Shown here in pieces: positions 47,181 through 58,090 of a stretch of DNA of 64,000 nucleotides. Within the stretch, counting starts at the first letter, position 1. Each line of letters starts with the position of its first letter. The stretch is taken from positions 3,782,001 to 3,846,000 of the forward strand of contig NC_067398.1 of assembly GCF_016432865.1 (NCBI RefSeq), in the 5' to 3' direction. Made by a program: the position numbers and the translations under genes. The DNA is from Antechinus flavipes. Taxonomy: Eukaryota. The notes beneath the pieces were generated by a model. It ran no database searches. It saw only the letters and a program-made list of their open reading frames with translations, and was not told where the DNA came from.

Positions 47181-49319
47181 CCTTGGCTATAACTCTGCTC
47201 TGGGGCAGCAGTGCGCAACGGCAGCTCCTTCCAGGCGGGCTCCCCAACCCTGCCGTGCTTCCAGGAGCCTTTTGATGACACTACTATGTACAAACAAGCT
47301 GTAAACCTGATGGACTGGAGATAATCAGGAGAGGGAAGGCCCTAGAATTAAGGGAGGGAAAGGAAAGAGGAAGAGAAGCAGCATTTATTAAGTGCCTACT
47401 AGGCACTATCTTAAATACAAATATTAACTCATATGAGATAAAAAGGGTTCCCAGCTCATGAAGCACTCCAGCCACCTTTCCTCTGATCTTATGTTTGTTC
47501 TCTGTGGGACTGCTTTTTCAATATTTTCACACAACTGCTTTTTTCCATCAGTGGACTCTTGAGAGCTCTTTACATAGCTATAAATTCAGTGAGCATTTCT
47601 AATCCTGCTTAAATTTCTTTACCATCACTCTCTCTAAAAAGGAGGAAGAAAATATTTAATCAAATATGGATTGTTTTTTCCTTCATCATTCAGAGAAAAC
47701 TCCACTTAGAGATCTTGATTTACTCCTATTTGGCAAAAGATGTTTTCTTCACCCGATCAGCCTCCTACAGATTCATCTCACTGCCCTTCCTAAAACGAGC
47801 ACAATACCAGGGCAGGGTAGGCTAGGACCATCACTCCCTTGTTGCGGCCGCTCCATTTGTTAGGGCTGCCTAAGTGTGCATTCATTTTCTTGGCTCTCAA
47901 ACCAGACTTGACTCATACTGAGCTAATCCTCTCCCCGCCCCCATCCTGCTGCTCCCATGTCCTGTCCTTGTGGAGCCAATTGTACTGACATGTATTTATT
48001 CCCATCATTTTGTTGAGGTGGGAAAGGGGACCCCAAAAGTATGGCGTCACAGACCGGTGCCCGAAGCTCTCAGAAGAATTTGCAGGCCCTCACATTACAA
48101 AGCGGGCTTGGATTTCCAAAAGAAATTAGCAGAGAAAGAGAAGCAAGGAAGTCATTTATCCAGCTTCTGGCATTGAGATGCTAATTTTATGGCACGAGGA
48201 AGGAATGTGGTTCTCCTTGGCCAGATCATTAGCGACCATTTTATCAGCCAGCAATGAATCGAGGAGTGGTCTTAATCTCGAGTTTGATCTGTGGGACTGT
48301 TCGGAGGCCAGGAGGTTATCTGAGGAGTGGTCAGAATCGGGCTGGGTGTGGGAGTTTTCTGAGGCAGACTCCAAAGCCAGAAAATCCAGAATCACCGACT
48401 CCTCCCCCAAATCAGGGGACCACAAAATCTTATATCAATTTCATTTGCAGAATCAGACTTTGAGCGGGGAAAGACAGCCCAGGGATCAGCACCCCATACA
48501 AGTCTGTCTCCCAGCTCCATGACCCCCACAGCTGTAATGAACGTTCCATCCACACCTCCAGGTTCTCCACCCGCTTGAACCACAGCTGTTGGGGGAATGT
48601 GGTTCCCCTGACCTCCAGGGCCTCTCTCGCAGGCGGGCTCTGCTGCCCAGGAAACGAGGGAACCACCCCTCGGGCGCTCAGGGGAAAATAAGACCACTGC
48701 TAGAGAGCGGTGACCCCTTATCCTCAGTCCTGGGAAGGGGGTACCAGGGCTGCTGTTGGGTCATGTCCGACTCTTGGTGACCCCGCCATGGACCACAGGA
48801 CACCCGTCCTCCTGGGCTCCACCATCTCCCAACTCTGTCCAAGCTCCTGTTGCTGCTCCCCGTCTCATCCTCTGCCTGCAATCTTTCCCAAGGTCAGCGG
48901 CTTTCCCCGCTTGTTCTCCTTAGGAGCTTCAGCATTCGCCCTTCCAGTGAATGTTAGGCACCGGAGGGGGGATTACGTAACTTTCCTGGGGGAGCACAGT
49001 CAGTGGGAAGGGGGAGCACTGAAGCACCTGCTAGGAGCGAGGCACTCTGCTTCGCGCTTTATTACAATGAGCCCCTCCTGCTCCTTTACTATAATCGGCC
49101 CAGTCTCCGAGGCTTTGCTGAGTGTAGCCGCAGCTCATCCAGCTTTTCATTATTTGTCCTTGGCCCTCGGAGTTGGTCTTGACGAGCCCATCTTTACCTA
49201 ATTCTGGGGGTCCCTCCTCCTAGCTCGCTCCCAGACCTGTCCCCAAGGCTTCGGGTTCCTCCCCTTACTCCCTAGATCCTGCCTGGGCTCCAAAGCCAAA
49301 GGCTCCTTCGGTCATGATT

Positions 49320-50780
49320 TGTTGCACCGGCTCGAGCCGGTAGAACAGCAACCGAGTACGCGGGAAGGATTCTGTGACGTCACTCCCGCGTGTCGATTGC
49401 GCTGTCAGGTTTCCCAACCTAGTTCACGTGCCCGCTTCAATATCCTCTCATCGATCCTCCCAACAAGGCGTTCAGTACTTGGCCCCGGAAACCCGGCCCC
49501 CGGGCTATGATTTCCGGGCTTCCTCCAAGAGCCCCCCCAACTGAACCCCAGGCCTTGGCTCTGCTCATTAGCGCCCCCTTCATCCCGCCTTCCTCGCTCC
49601 TAAACGCCGGGCTGCGCGCTGTCTCCCATCAGACTGTCAGCTCCTTGGGGGCTGAGCGCAGTGTCTGGCACACAGTGGGCGCATGGCAGATGCTTGGGTA
49701 GACAGAGTGACTCCGGGCCTGGGGGCGCCCCTTAGCGGCCCCTGCCCGGAGCTTTAACTCTCTGAACAAAGGGCTGGTTCGGCTGCAGAGAGGCCAGTGG
49801 GGACATTCCCGATAGCTGGGCCAAGGGGCCGGTCCACAACCTAGGGCTCTTCTAGGCCCGCCGAGGCCAGTCTGACCATGGCTTCGGTCCCTTCCTTCTG
49901 CAGTCTCAGTTTCCACATCTTTAAGAAGGGGGTGGTGACCAAGGCACAGATGTGCGCATGCGGCGCTTCTCGGCCATTAAAGCCCAAGTAGCCTCTGACG
50001 CCCCCTAATGGCAGCGGCACTGCCATCCGCGTCCGCATGCGCATAGCTCCGCCCGGCCCAGCCGCCATCTTCCGAGGGTTCGTCCCGTGGCGCCGGTGTC
50101 GTTTCTCCAGACTAGGAGAACAGCGGGAGCTGGGGAATGACGCCTTGCCTTCTCTCTCTTCTCCCTGGGGTTGCCCCGCCCCCAGACCCATAGATTAGAC
50201 CCACCCGGAGCCACCAACGGGAATGGAAGCTCATTGAAGGCAGGCACACAGAAGGCGCCTAACCAATCCTCTCCCGGGGGCCTCGAGAGGGCGTGGCCGC
50301 GCAGGACCTCAACGAATCCAGCAGCGGTCCCCTCCCGCCTCTGGCCTTCCTGAGTTTCCCCATAAGCAGAAAAAGAAAGGAAAAAAGGGGGGAAGGCGGG
50401 CCTGAGGCCGACACCAGGCGGAGGTGGGGGTGAGGGTGGGGTTTATGGATGGAGGAGAATCACTGAGAGGCGGAGGACCGAGCGACTAGAGCGGCCAGGG
50501 TCAACGGCTCAGCCTTCTCGGCTTCCGGTTTTCAGTGGCTCTCCGTGACGCACTTCCGTTTGGGAAGGATTGAGATAGGAGCAGGTTGGCACATGCCGTC
50601 AGGAGGCGGGGCTGCGATTGAGGCCGGGCTCTGGGGGAGCCGCAGGAGGAGGGAGGGGTTCATGAAGGCAAGAACGAGGTTCTTAAAAGGGTCGAGTTCC
50701 GGAGCCTCCCACGCGCGAAACTGCCCACGCAGAGGTGGGGGCGGGGGTGGAGTCAGTGAGGGGAGGGCGCGGACGCTCGT
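49320..50780. promoter_or_regulatory. CpG-island promoter of housekeeping type, gene unassigned, possibly bidirectional
   Basis: CRE GTGACGTCAC 49374; E-box CACGTG 49425; NRF1 TGCGCATGCG 49953 and 50034 (reverse); YY1 GCCGCCATCTT 50061; ETS CTTCCGG 50522 and CACTTCCG 50551; E2F GCGCGAAA 50713. A CpG-dense peak in CpG-poorer flanks. Confidence 0.75.
49620..49715 (+). mobile_element. L2 3'-end remnant
   Basis: tctcccatcagactgtcagctccttgggg…gcagtgtctggcacacagtgggcgc. Confidence 0.6.
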
Positions 50781-51489
50781 CCAGGACGGAGTCGGAGAAG
50801 ATGCTTGTTAGGCTTGGAGGCTTCTCCGATCGCGGAGAGGGCTCATCACGTGCAAGGATTAGGCTGTGGATTAGAACCAATGAGGGCTCCCGTTTTTAGG
50901 GGGTGTGTGTGGCGCTAAGTGCTAGGCGAGGGTATCCTCAAAACCACCCTGGAAGGGGGAGGTGGCAATTGTGCCCATTTTACCGAGGGGGAAAGTGAAG
51001 CCCGCAGAGCGGGCGGAAGTGACTTTCCCAGATCTCTTGGCTAATACGGACCTGGGTCAGATTCGAACTTGAGATCTTTTGGGTGGAAAAGGGAAGAGAG
51101 CCGTGTTGAGTGGGCAGAAGACCCCAGAAAGCCACTTCGGAAGCCTCCTCGGGCACTTCCACACCCTCCCCCTCTCAGTATGGATACCCTCTGTATCCTC
51201 CTGCTCGTGCTAGCCTCCGATGACCCCGTGCCCTGTCCTGAGCCCACCCTTTCTGCCCTTCGCTATTTCACAAGGATTTAATGGTTGTTTCTCTTTGTCT
51301 CAAGCCCCCACTCCCCCACTCGGTGACTCTTGGGGATGACTTCGGGCTCGAGCAGGATTTCCTCCCTCCCTTCCCCCACACGTGTCGCCGGTGGCCCTTG
51401 GCAGACCCCCCTCTGGCTGCCTTGCTGGGGGAACTTTGGGGGGCCCTTCTTGCCTCCTCGCTGGACCCCATCCATCCTGAAGTCAATAG

Positions 51490-51675
51490 TTGGTCAGAGG
51501 GTGAGGTGCTAGAGTTCGTGTGACCTCAGACCCTCACTTGCTGGGTGAGCCTGGACAAGTCACTTCCCCGTGCCTCAGTTCCCTCAGCTGTAAAATGAGC
51601 TGGGGAAGGAAAGGGCAACTACTCCATCTCTGCCGAGAAAATCCTCCAAATTGGGTCACAGCTGAAAACCACTGG
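51490..51675 (+). mobile_element. Mar1/MIR-type CORE-SINE
   Basis: ctggacaagtcacttccc…ctcagttccctcagctgtaaaatgagctggggaaggaaagggcaactactcc…gccgagaaaatcc. Confidence 0.7.
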
Positions 51676-51960
51676 CTGCAGTCACTCCCCTATTCAGTAA
51701 CCTCCTTCTGCTCCCTGTTAGCTCCAGGATCAGGTCAAGCCCCTTAGAGTTCTTTGTATCCTGGAGCTTCCGACCTTTCCAGTCTGATTCTGCAATTCTG
51801 CAAACCTGGTTCCCGACTGCTCCTCAAGACACCTCGTCTCCCAATTCCACTTTCTTGCTGGCCTGGAAATGCCCCTTTTCATCTTCTCCGCTTCCCTGGC
51901 TCCTTTCAGGCCAAGGCTAACATGGGTCCTTCCCAATCCCCTTTAATTCTGCGCCTTCCG

Positions 51961-52611
51961 GAAAGGGACCTGTATGTGCTAAAATGTTTGTGGCCGCCCT
52001 GTTTGTAGTGGCTAGAAGCTGGAAAATGATTGGATGCCCATCAGTGGGAGAATGTCTGGGTAAATTGTGATATATGAATGTTATGGAATATTATTGTTCT
52101 GTAAGGAATGACCAGCAGGATGAATACAGAGAGGCTTGGCGAGACTTACATGAACTGATGCTAAGTGAAACGAGCAGAACCAGGAGATCACTTTACACTT
52201 CGACAACGATACTGTATGAGGATGTATTCTGATAGAAGTGGATTTCTTTGACAAAGACTCAGTTTCAATTGATAAATGACGGACAGAAGCAGCTACACCC
52301 AAAAAAAGAACACTGGGAAACAAATGTGAACTATTTGCATTTTTGTTTTTCTTCCCGGGTTATTTTTACCTTCTGAATCCAATTCTCCCTGTGCAACAAG
52401 AGAACTGTTCGGTTCTGCAAACATATATTGTATCTAGGACATACTGCAACATATTTAACATATATAGGACTGCATGCCATCTAGGGGAGGGGGTGGAGGG
52501 AGGGAGGGAAAAAATCGGAACAGAAGCGAGTGCAAGGGATAATGTAAAAAAAATTACCCTGGCATGGATTCTGTCAATATAAAGTTATTATAAAATAAAA
52601 TATTAAAAAAA
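51961..52611 (+). mobile_element. Young 5'-truncated L1 (ORF2 C-terminus, 3'UTR, A tail) with perfect 16-bp TSD
   Basis: Encodes KGPVCAKMFVAALFVVARSWKMIGCPSVGECLGKL*YMNVMEYYCSVRNDQQDEYREAWRDLHELMLSE (L1 ORF2 end). TSD AATTCTGCGCCTTCCG at 51945-51960 and 52612-52627. Confidence 0.95.
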
Positions 52612-52683
52612 AATTCTGCGCCTTCCGTCTCTGGGTTACCCCCGAGGATCCTGTTTGTCACACTTGTTTGCGCGTTGCCTCCC

Positions 52684-52795
52684 TCATCAGACTGGGCCCA
52701 TCTTGAGAGCATGGCCTGCTTTTCCTTTTATCTCTGTGGCTCAAGCATGGTTCTGGCACACAGTAGGTGCTCGTCCGTGTTTGCTGACTGGCGAT
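52684..52795 (+). mobile_element. L2 3'-end remnant
   Basis: catcagactg…cttgagagc…ctggcacacagtaggtgctc. Confidence 0.6.
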
Positions 52796-53639
52796 ACCTG
52801 AACAGGTGGAATGGCTCTGGGTCTGGTACAACTGCGGGGATAGCGTCTCAGGCCGCAACATCTCCCGGCTTAGAGGGGAACCACCCTCCAATTTTGTGGG
52901 GAGCAGGAGGGATGGACAGCTTTCTGTTGAGACAGAGACTAAGTCAGATCCAGTAGCTAGCAGAATGACGCTGAGCCAAAGGCCTACGAGCATGCACTGA
53001 TCTCACTGTCACTTAAACCATGGCCATGTCCAGACAAGAGCCTTTGGTTTGGGGCGATTGGCCCATGATGGGAAAGTGTCTGGCTAATGTCCAACGAGTG
53101 CTCCAGAAATTTCCATTTCTATGAGTTTTGGAACAAACCTGAATAATAACCCATAGGGGAATATGTGAACATTGAATAGGAAAAAATCATAGCCCCTCCC
53201 CCCCTTGACATTAGGAGAATTGAGTCAGGAAAGACTTTGAAGCTCTGACTCCCCTTCACACTCCATTGTGACACAATGAAGGACAGAAAAGAAAAAGAAT
53301 GATCCAGGTGCTGGCCACTGATGCATCCTTGTCCCAAACTCCCCTGGAAGGGAATTGTGTTTTCTCACTTCCTGCCTATGCCCTTGTTAAAAGTCCCTAT
53401 CTTCCAACAACGGGCCTCCTCCCTAGTCTGGGGCCTGAGCCACAACCAAAAAAGCTGTAAATGCCAAGTTAACTCCTCTCTCCCTGGAGTAAAGGCAGCA
53501 GCTGTAAAATCTTGGACTAATTGCATTCTCGGCTTCTGTATTCTGCCGAGCTAAAACCCTGTAGAAGTTCCTCGGGACCGAATTTTTTTTGGACAAAAGT
53601 CCCCTTTCTGTCGGCAAACCAATCTCTGTCTTGCTTCAG

Positions 53640-53891
53640 TTTCTCTGGTATTACGAAACCTCAGGAACAACTGGAGGAAACTGCACTGTCCTCAGATTGA
53701 AAGGTAGGAGCTCCCAGAGAACCTGCAGAAAAAAGGAGTCGAAGACAGAAACGTTCCCCCAGCAGATCCCAGGCCCAGAGAAAGACCCACCCACGAGTGG
53801 GACAAAGATGGAAAGATTTCTGCCTTGCTACAACTGTAGCCTTGAAGGACATCTCACTTATATCCGTGCCAAGAGGTGGAGGAAGGATTAG
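53640..53891 (+). other. Exon-like 83-codon ORF with a degenerate gag-type CCHC zinc knuckle (53826-53867)
   Basis: Acceptor tctctgtcttgcttcag in phase 0; CYNCSLEGHLTYIR fits CX2CX4HX4C except that the last Cys is CGT (Arg). Confidence 0.35.
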
Positions 53892-54239
53892 TGTGGGGTT
53901 GAATTCCAGAGACTGAACCCCGGGAAAATGAGAGGGAGCCCCGAAGGAGGTCAGCAGGACTGCCACCAATTCCTCCAGGGACTTCCATTCAGACTCGCAG
54001 GACCCTCCGCAGAATCCTGGGATGATGGTGCCCGTAGATTATGTGCAGCGCGCTGCCCAGTGGGCCTCCGGGGACCGTTCTGTTCCAGTCATTTTAGAAG
54101 ACTACTTTCGTGGGCTGTGGCAGGCTCAGGCCTTGGAGGACTGGGTGTCAAGGCTTGAAGATAGAGTGGAGCACACTTGAAGTCTCTCAAAGAAGCTGTT
54201 AACAGGAAGGCAAACATTGTGTCTCCGGCACAGCCGAGG

Positions 54240-54455
54240 AGCCGCTAGATGGCTCACCAAGTGGAGTTGGAGTCGGGAATATTCAAGTTCAGATCCTTTG
54301 TCACATCCTTAAAGTCTAGAGCAAATCTCCCTAAGTTTTCTTAATTGTTAAATGGGAATAACAATAGCACTGCAGGCCAGGGTCGCTGGGAGGACAATGA
54401 GATCTTATTTATAATAAAGCCCTTTGGGAACCTAAGTAAATGCCGGTTATTACCT
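54240..54455 (+). mobile_element. MIR/Ther1-type SINE supplying AATAAA at 54413
   Basis: ttggagtcgggaatattcaagttcagatcc…gttaaatgggaataacaatagcac…gaggacaatgagat. Confidence 0.6.
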
Positions 54456-54805
54456 CCTCGTGGGAGCATCACAGCAAGGGCAGCGTGATCCTGTCTGTTC
54501 CGGGCTGCAGACAAGCCTGCCCACACCCCCACACCTTGACCAGCCAGGGAGCCCGCTCAGTAACCCACAGGAAGATGGAGACAAGTGCGGCGGTCGGGGG
54601 CAAGCTCCACCGCCGGTACTGTGCCAAGTAACAAAGGGCAAAAACTAGCCCTGCCTCCATGGAACTTGGGTCTCCATGGGGAAGAGACCCATCAGTAACT
54701 GGGTCCACACAAAATGCAAGGCAGAAGGAAGGGCACTCGCAGCTTTGGGGCTGGGAATGGCGGCCCCAGAAAGTGGCGCTGAGCTGAAAGCGCAAGAAGA
54801 GAAAA

Positions 54806-54920
54806 GGGGTCGCTGGGTGTGCGGTGGATAGAGCACGCCCTCCCCCAGGCCTTAGCACCAGCTGTGTGACCCTGGGCACAGATTGCTCTATCTGACCCAG
54901 ATTGCCTCAAGAGAAAAAAA
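54806..54920 (+). mobile_element. Internally deleted WSINE1-like SINE
   Basis: ggggtcgctgggtgtgcggtggatagagcac…agctgtgtgaccctgggca…attgcctcaagagaaaaaaa. Confidence 0.7.
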
Positions 54921-56031
54921 GACCCCCACAGTCCGATCGTCAAGACTTGAAATGCCAATGAGGGACTTTGGTCCCCAAGGGAACGGTTGCCCCTGGAGTT
55001 GAGTGTGTGTGTCTGGGGGGCAGGGAAGGGGTTCACGGTCAGAAAGTCACTTTGGCCACTTGGGGGGAGGATGGGTTGGAGCAAAGGCAGGGGAGCAATT
55101 AGGAGGTGATTGTACTAGTCCAGGCTAGAGTTGAGGAGGTCCTGCTCCTGAGTGCGGCTGGGAAAGGGAACCTCGGAGAGCCTAGAGCTCCATGTGGAGA
55201 AATGAAGCTCCGGAAATTTGACCCTCCAGTGTCAGGAGGTGGGAAGGGTCACTGGGGGCCCAACCTCAGCAAGACCACACACGGCCCCGCGTCCACGCTG
55301 TGTGCCAGGCATTGTGCTGTTGAGAATACAAAGGCCGGCTGGCAGGGGGCTGATCTGCGGCCGACTCCCGCTCTCGGAGCCTGTCAGTCCCCCAGAAGAC
55401 TGAGTCCTTTGAGGGCAGAAATGGCGCGCTTTTTGTGCACGATGTCGGGCACAGAGCGCGCTCCTCCTGACTGATCGCTCCGGGCCTGCCCCTCACTGCC
55501 CTGGACCTGGGGCTCCTCCCTGAGCCCCTCTGCTTCCCCATTTCTCTCCTTGGCCGGGCCTTACGGCTGGCTCCCATCCAAGGCCGGGCTCCTCGGCGGG
55601 GAGGCACCCGGTGCCCCAGGTTTGCCATGGCTGGGAGAGGTCGCTGCATGGCTCTAACTGGGCTTCTTGTCCAGCCCAGCCCCGGCAGCCTTCGCAGGCA
55701 GTTCTCCTCCCCTGCCTAGAGGGGAAGGGAGGCAGCGTCTGGCAGAACGCCTCCTGAGCCATCCTCCCTTCTCTTTTTCCCCATCTTCTGCCTTCCCCGT
55801 TTCAAAAGTTTTGGTGGTTAAACAGCCATCCCATGGAAGCCAAGACCCTTCACTCGTTCCCACTGGAGCTTCCGTTCCCTCGGCCCCCGCTTTGAGAGTT
55901 GGGGGTCAACTTGAGCCTGACATGAGGCATGGGAGTGGGGCTCCCTGGGCTCTGCACAATGAATGGCCGTTCCCAGGGACACGGTCTTCCTGGCACTTCG
56001 TGGACCCCTGCCCGGGATGTGCAGTGCCAGC

Positions 56032-56143
56032 CTTCGGAGGCCCAGGGGAGGCTCCTGCCAGCCTGGAGAGCTTCGGAGGCCCAGGGGAGGCTCCTGCCAG
56101 CCTGGAGAGCTTCGGAGGCCCAGGGGAGGCTCCTGCCAGCCTG
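56032..56143. repeat. 39-bp tandem repeat, ~2.9 copies
   Basis: CTTCGGAGGCCCAGGGGAGGCTCCTGCCAGCCTGGAGAG at 56032, 56071 and 56110. Confidence 0.95.
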
Positions 56144-56484
56144 TCCGAAAGCCTGGTCAGAGGGGGCAGGAACAGGCTGGGTCTGTGGTGGGGGAGGGCC
56201 GCAGCCATCCACATTCTCCCCAGCCCTCGTGCTCCCCACAATGTGGCCTGCGAGGGAGTGAGGAGGGTCCGTCAGAAGCAGGAGGATTCTGGGGAGGATG
56301 ACCTCGGGGGCTCAGGCCCTTGGCCAGACTGACTGGGGCTCTCCATACAGAACTTGCTGAGGGTCAAAGTGATGGAGGAACAGGGGGAGAGGCAGGAGCC
56401 GGGTGAGTGTGGAGGGGTTGAGAATATGGGCAGGAGACAGATGGCAGGACGGGGCAGAGGCTGCGAAAGCGGGGCGTGCTGGGA

Positions 56485-56670
56485 AGCCCAGTGGCTAGAG
56501 CATCACCTGGAAGTAGAGCCGAGGGCAAATCCAGCCTCAGAGCCTTCGATGCCCAGGGACCCTGGACAAGGCACTTCCCTTCTCTGCCTCAGCTTCCTCA
56601 TCTGTAAAATGGGGATGTGAGCTATTGTAAGGTGCTTTGTCTGGTCCACAGTAATTGTTATCATCATGGG
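56485..56670 (+). mobile_element. MIR SINE
   Basis: ccagtggctagagc…ggacaaggcacttccc…ctcagcttcctcatctgtaaaatgggg. Confidence 0.75.
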
Positions 56671-58010
56671 GATGAGGCAGCCCGCCAGAAGGACCGAGGC
56701 TCCGCCCAGGAGGGAAAAAGGGTTCTGGGCCCAGCTGAGGAGGGGTGCTGCTTCGGGCTCCGGCAGGTGCTCCCGGGGTCAAGGTCTCTGCAGAACAGGA
56801 TGGGACTGGACACGGGCCGGGCTGTCCTGGGGCCCTGGGCTCCCAGTTGCAACTGTTGCAGAACAGGTTTTCCCCAAGCCGCCCTCTGCCTGGTGCCCAT
56901 TGTCGGGAAGGCGGCGGGGGAGGAGGAAGGAGGTGGAGGGGGTGGGAGGAGGAGGAGGAAGGGGAGCTCCGGGCCAGCTCCTTGGGTTCCCACGATCCCT
57001 GGCACCAGCACGCCGCGGAGACCTCCCCTTTGTGGGAACGGCCCCAGATCCTCCGTCTTCCACCGGAGCCCCAGGCCTGGGCGAGGGGGGGCTGGGGAGA
57101 AGGGAAGAGGGGGGCTCCGATATCTGAACCGAGGATCCCTGCCCCCTCCCTGGTCACACAGAGGCCTTTGTTAATATTTACCCAGAGCCCGGAGCCGGGA
57201 GGCCGTGACTTACAGATAAGTGGCAGGGAAGGAACAGAGTGGCCAGGCCAGGAGAGTGACCCGGCCTAGTCCTGGGGGAGCCTTTCCCGGGGGGCCCTGG
57301 CTGCCCCCACCCCCTCCCCAGCGCTGCTGATGGGGACTGGAGGTGACCTCGGGCCTGGAGCCATTCCTCAGGCCCCGAACGCCGGGGCTGGGAGCTTGTC
57401 CTTGAGGCAGCCAGGTGGTGCGACGGCTAGAGCACTGAGCCTGGAGTCGGGAGGATTCACTCCATCTCAGCTGTAAATGGGATCACAACAGCACTCTGGG
57501 GTGGTTGTGAGGGCAGTGACTGGCACACCGGGGGTGCTTAATAAATGCTTATTTCTTTCCTGAGGTCCAACCTCACTGACAGGGAGCTCCAGGTACCCCA
57601 ATCTCCAAGGGGCCAGTTCTGGGGCTCCCCAGGGGCTCTGCAGACAGCGTGAGCAGTGACCTGTGTAGGCTGGCCGGGGCCTCAGTGAAGGCAGAGCAGC
57701 CTGAAGCTGCCCAAGACCCCAGGCCCTGCTCACTAGGCTTCCTTGATGCAGATTCCCCCGGGGGGGCTGGGGGAGGCCCGTCCTGGGGAGAGCAGCCCCC
57801 CTTTCTCTCTCCCAGGGACATGTGGCCCGGGCAGCAGCTGGACCATATATCTGTGCCCCGTCAATGCTTCTCCCCTTTGGCCTGCTCTCCTGCTTCGTCC
57901 TGGCGCGGTTTCCCATCCTTCCCATGCCCTAGACCCTGATGCTGAAGTTGGGCCTCAGGCCCCATGAGGGAAGGGGCTCTCCCAAGACCGCTAGGCCAGT
58001 TGGGAGGAGG

Positions 58011-58090
58011 GCCCCGGCCCCTTCCAGCCCCGGCCCTTCCAGCCCCGGCCCTTCCAGCCCCGGCCCTTCCAGCCCCGGCCCCTTCCAGCC
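58011..58090. repeat. 15-bp VNTR (GGCCCTTCCAGCCCC), ~5 copies
   Basis: Read directly. Confidence 0.9.

Noticed and set aside
49841-50068. Minus-strand AAGATGGCGG as the start of a coding exon (MAAGPGGAMRMR…)
   Set aside because: The frame runs through NRF1 motifs into a MIR core and has no clear donor; better explained as a YY1 site.
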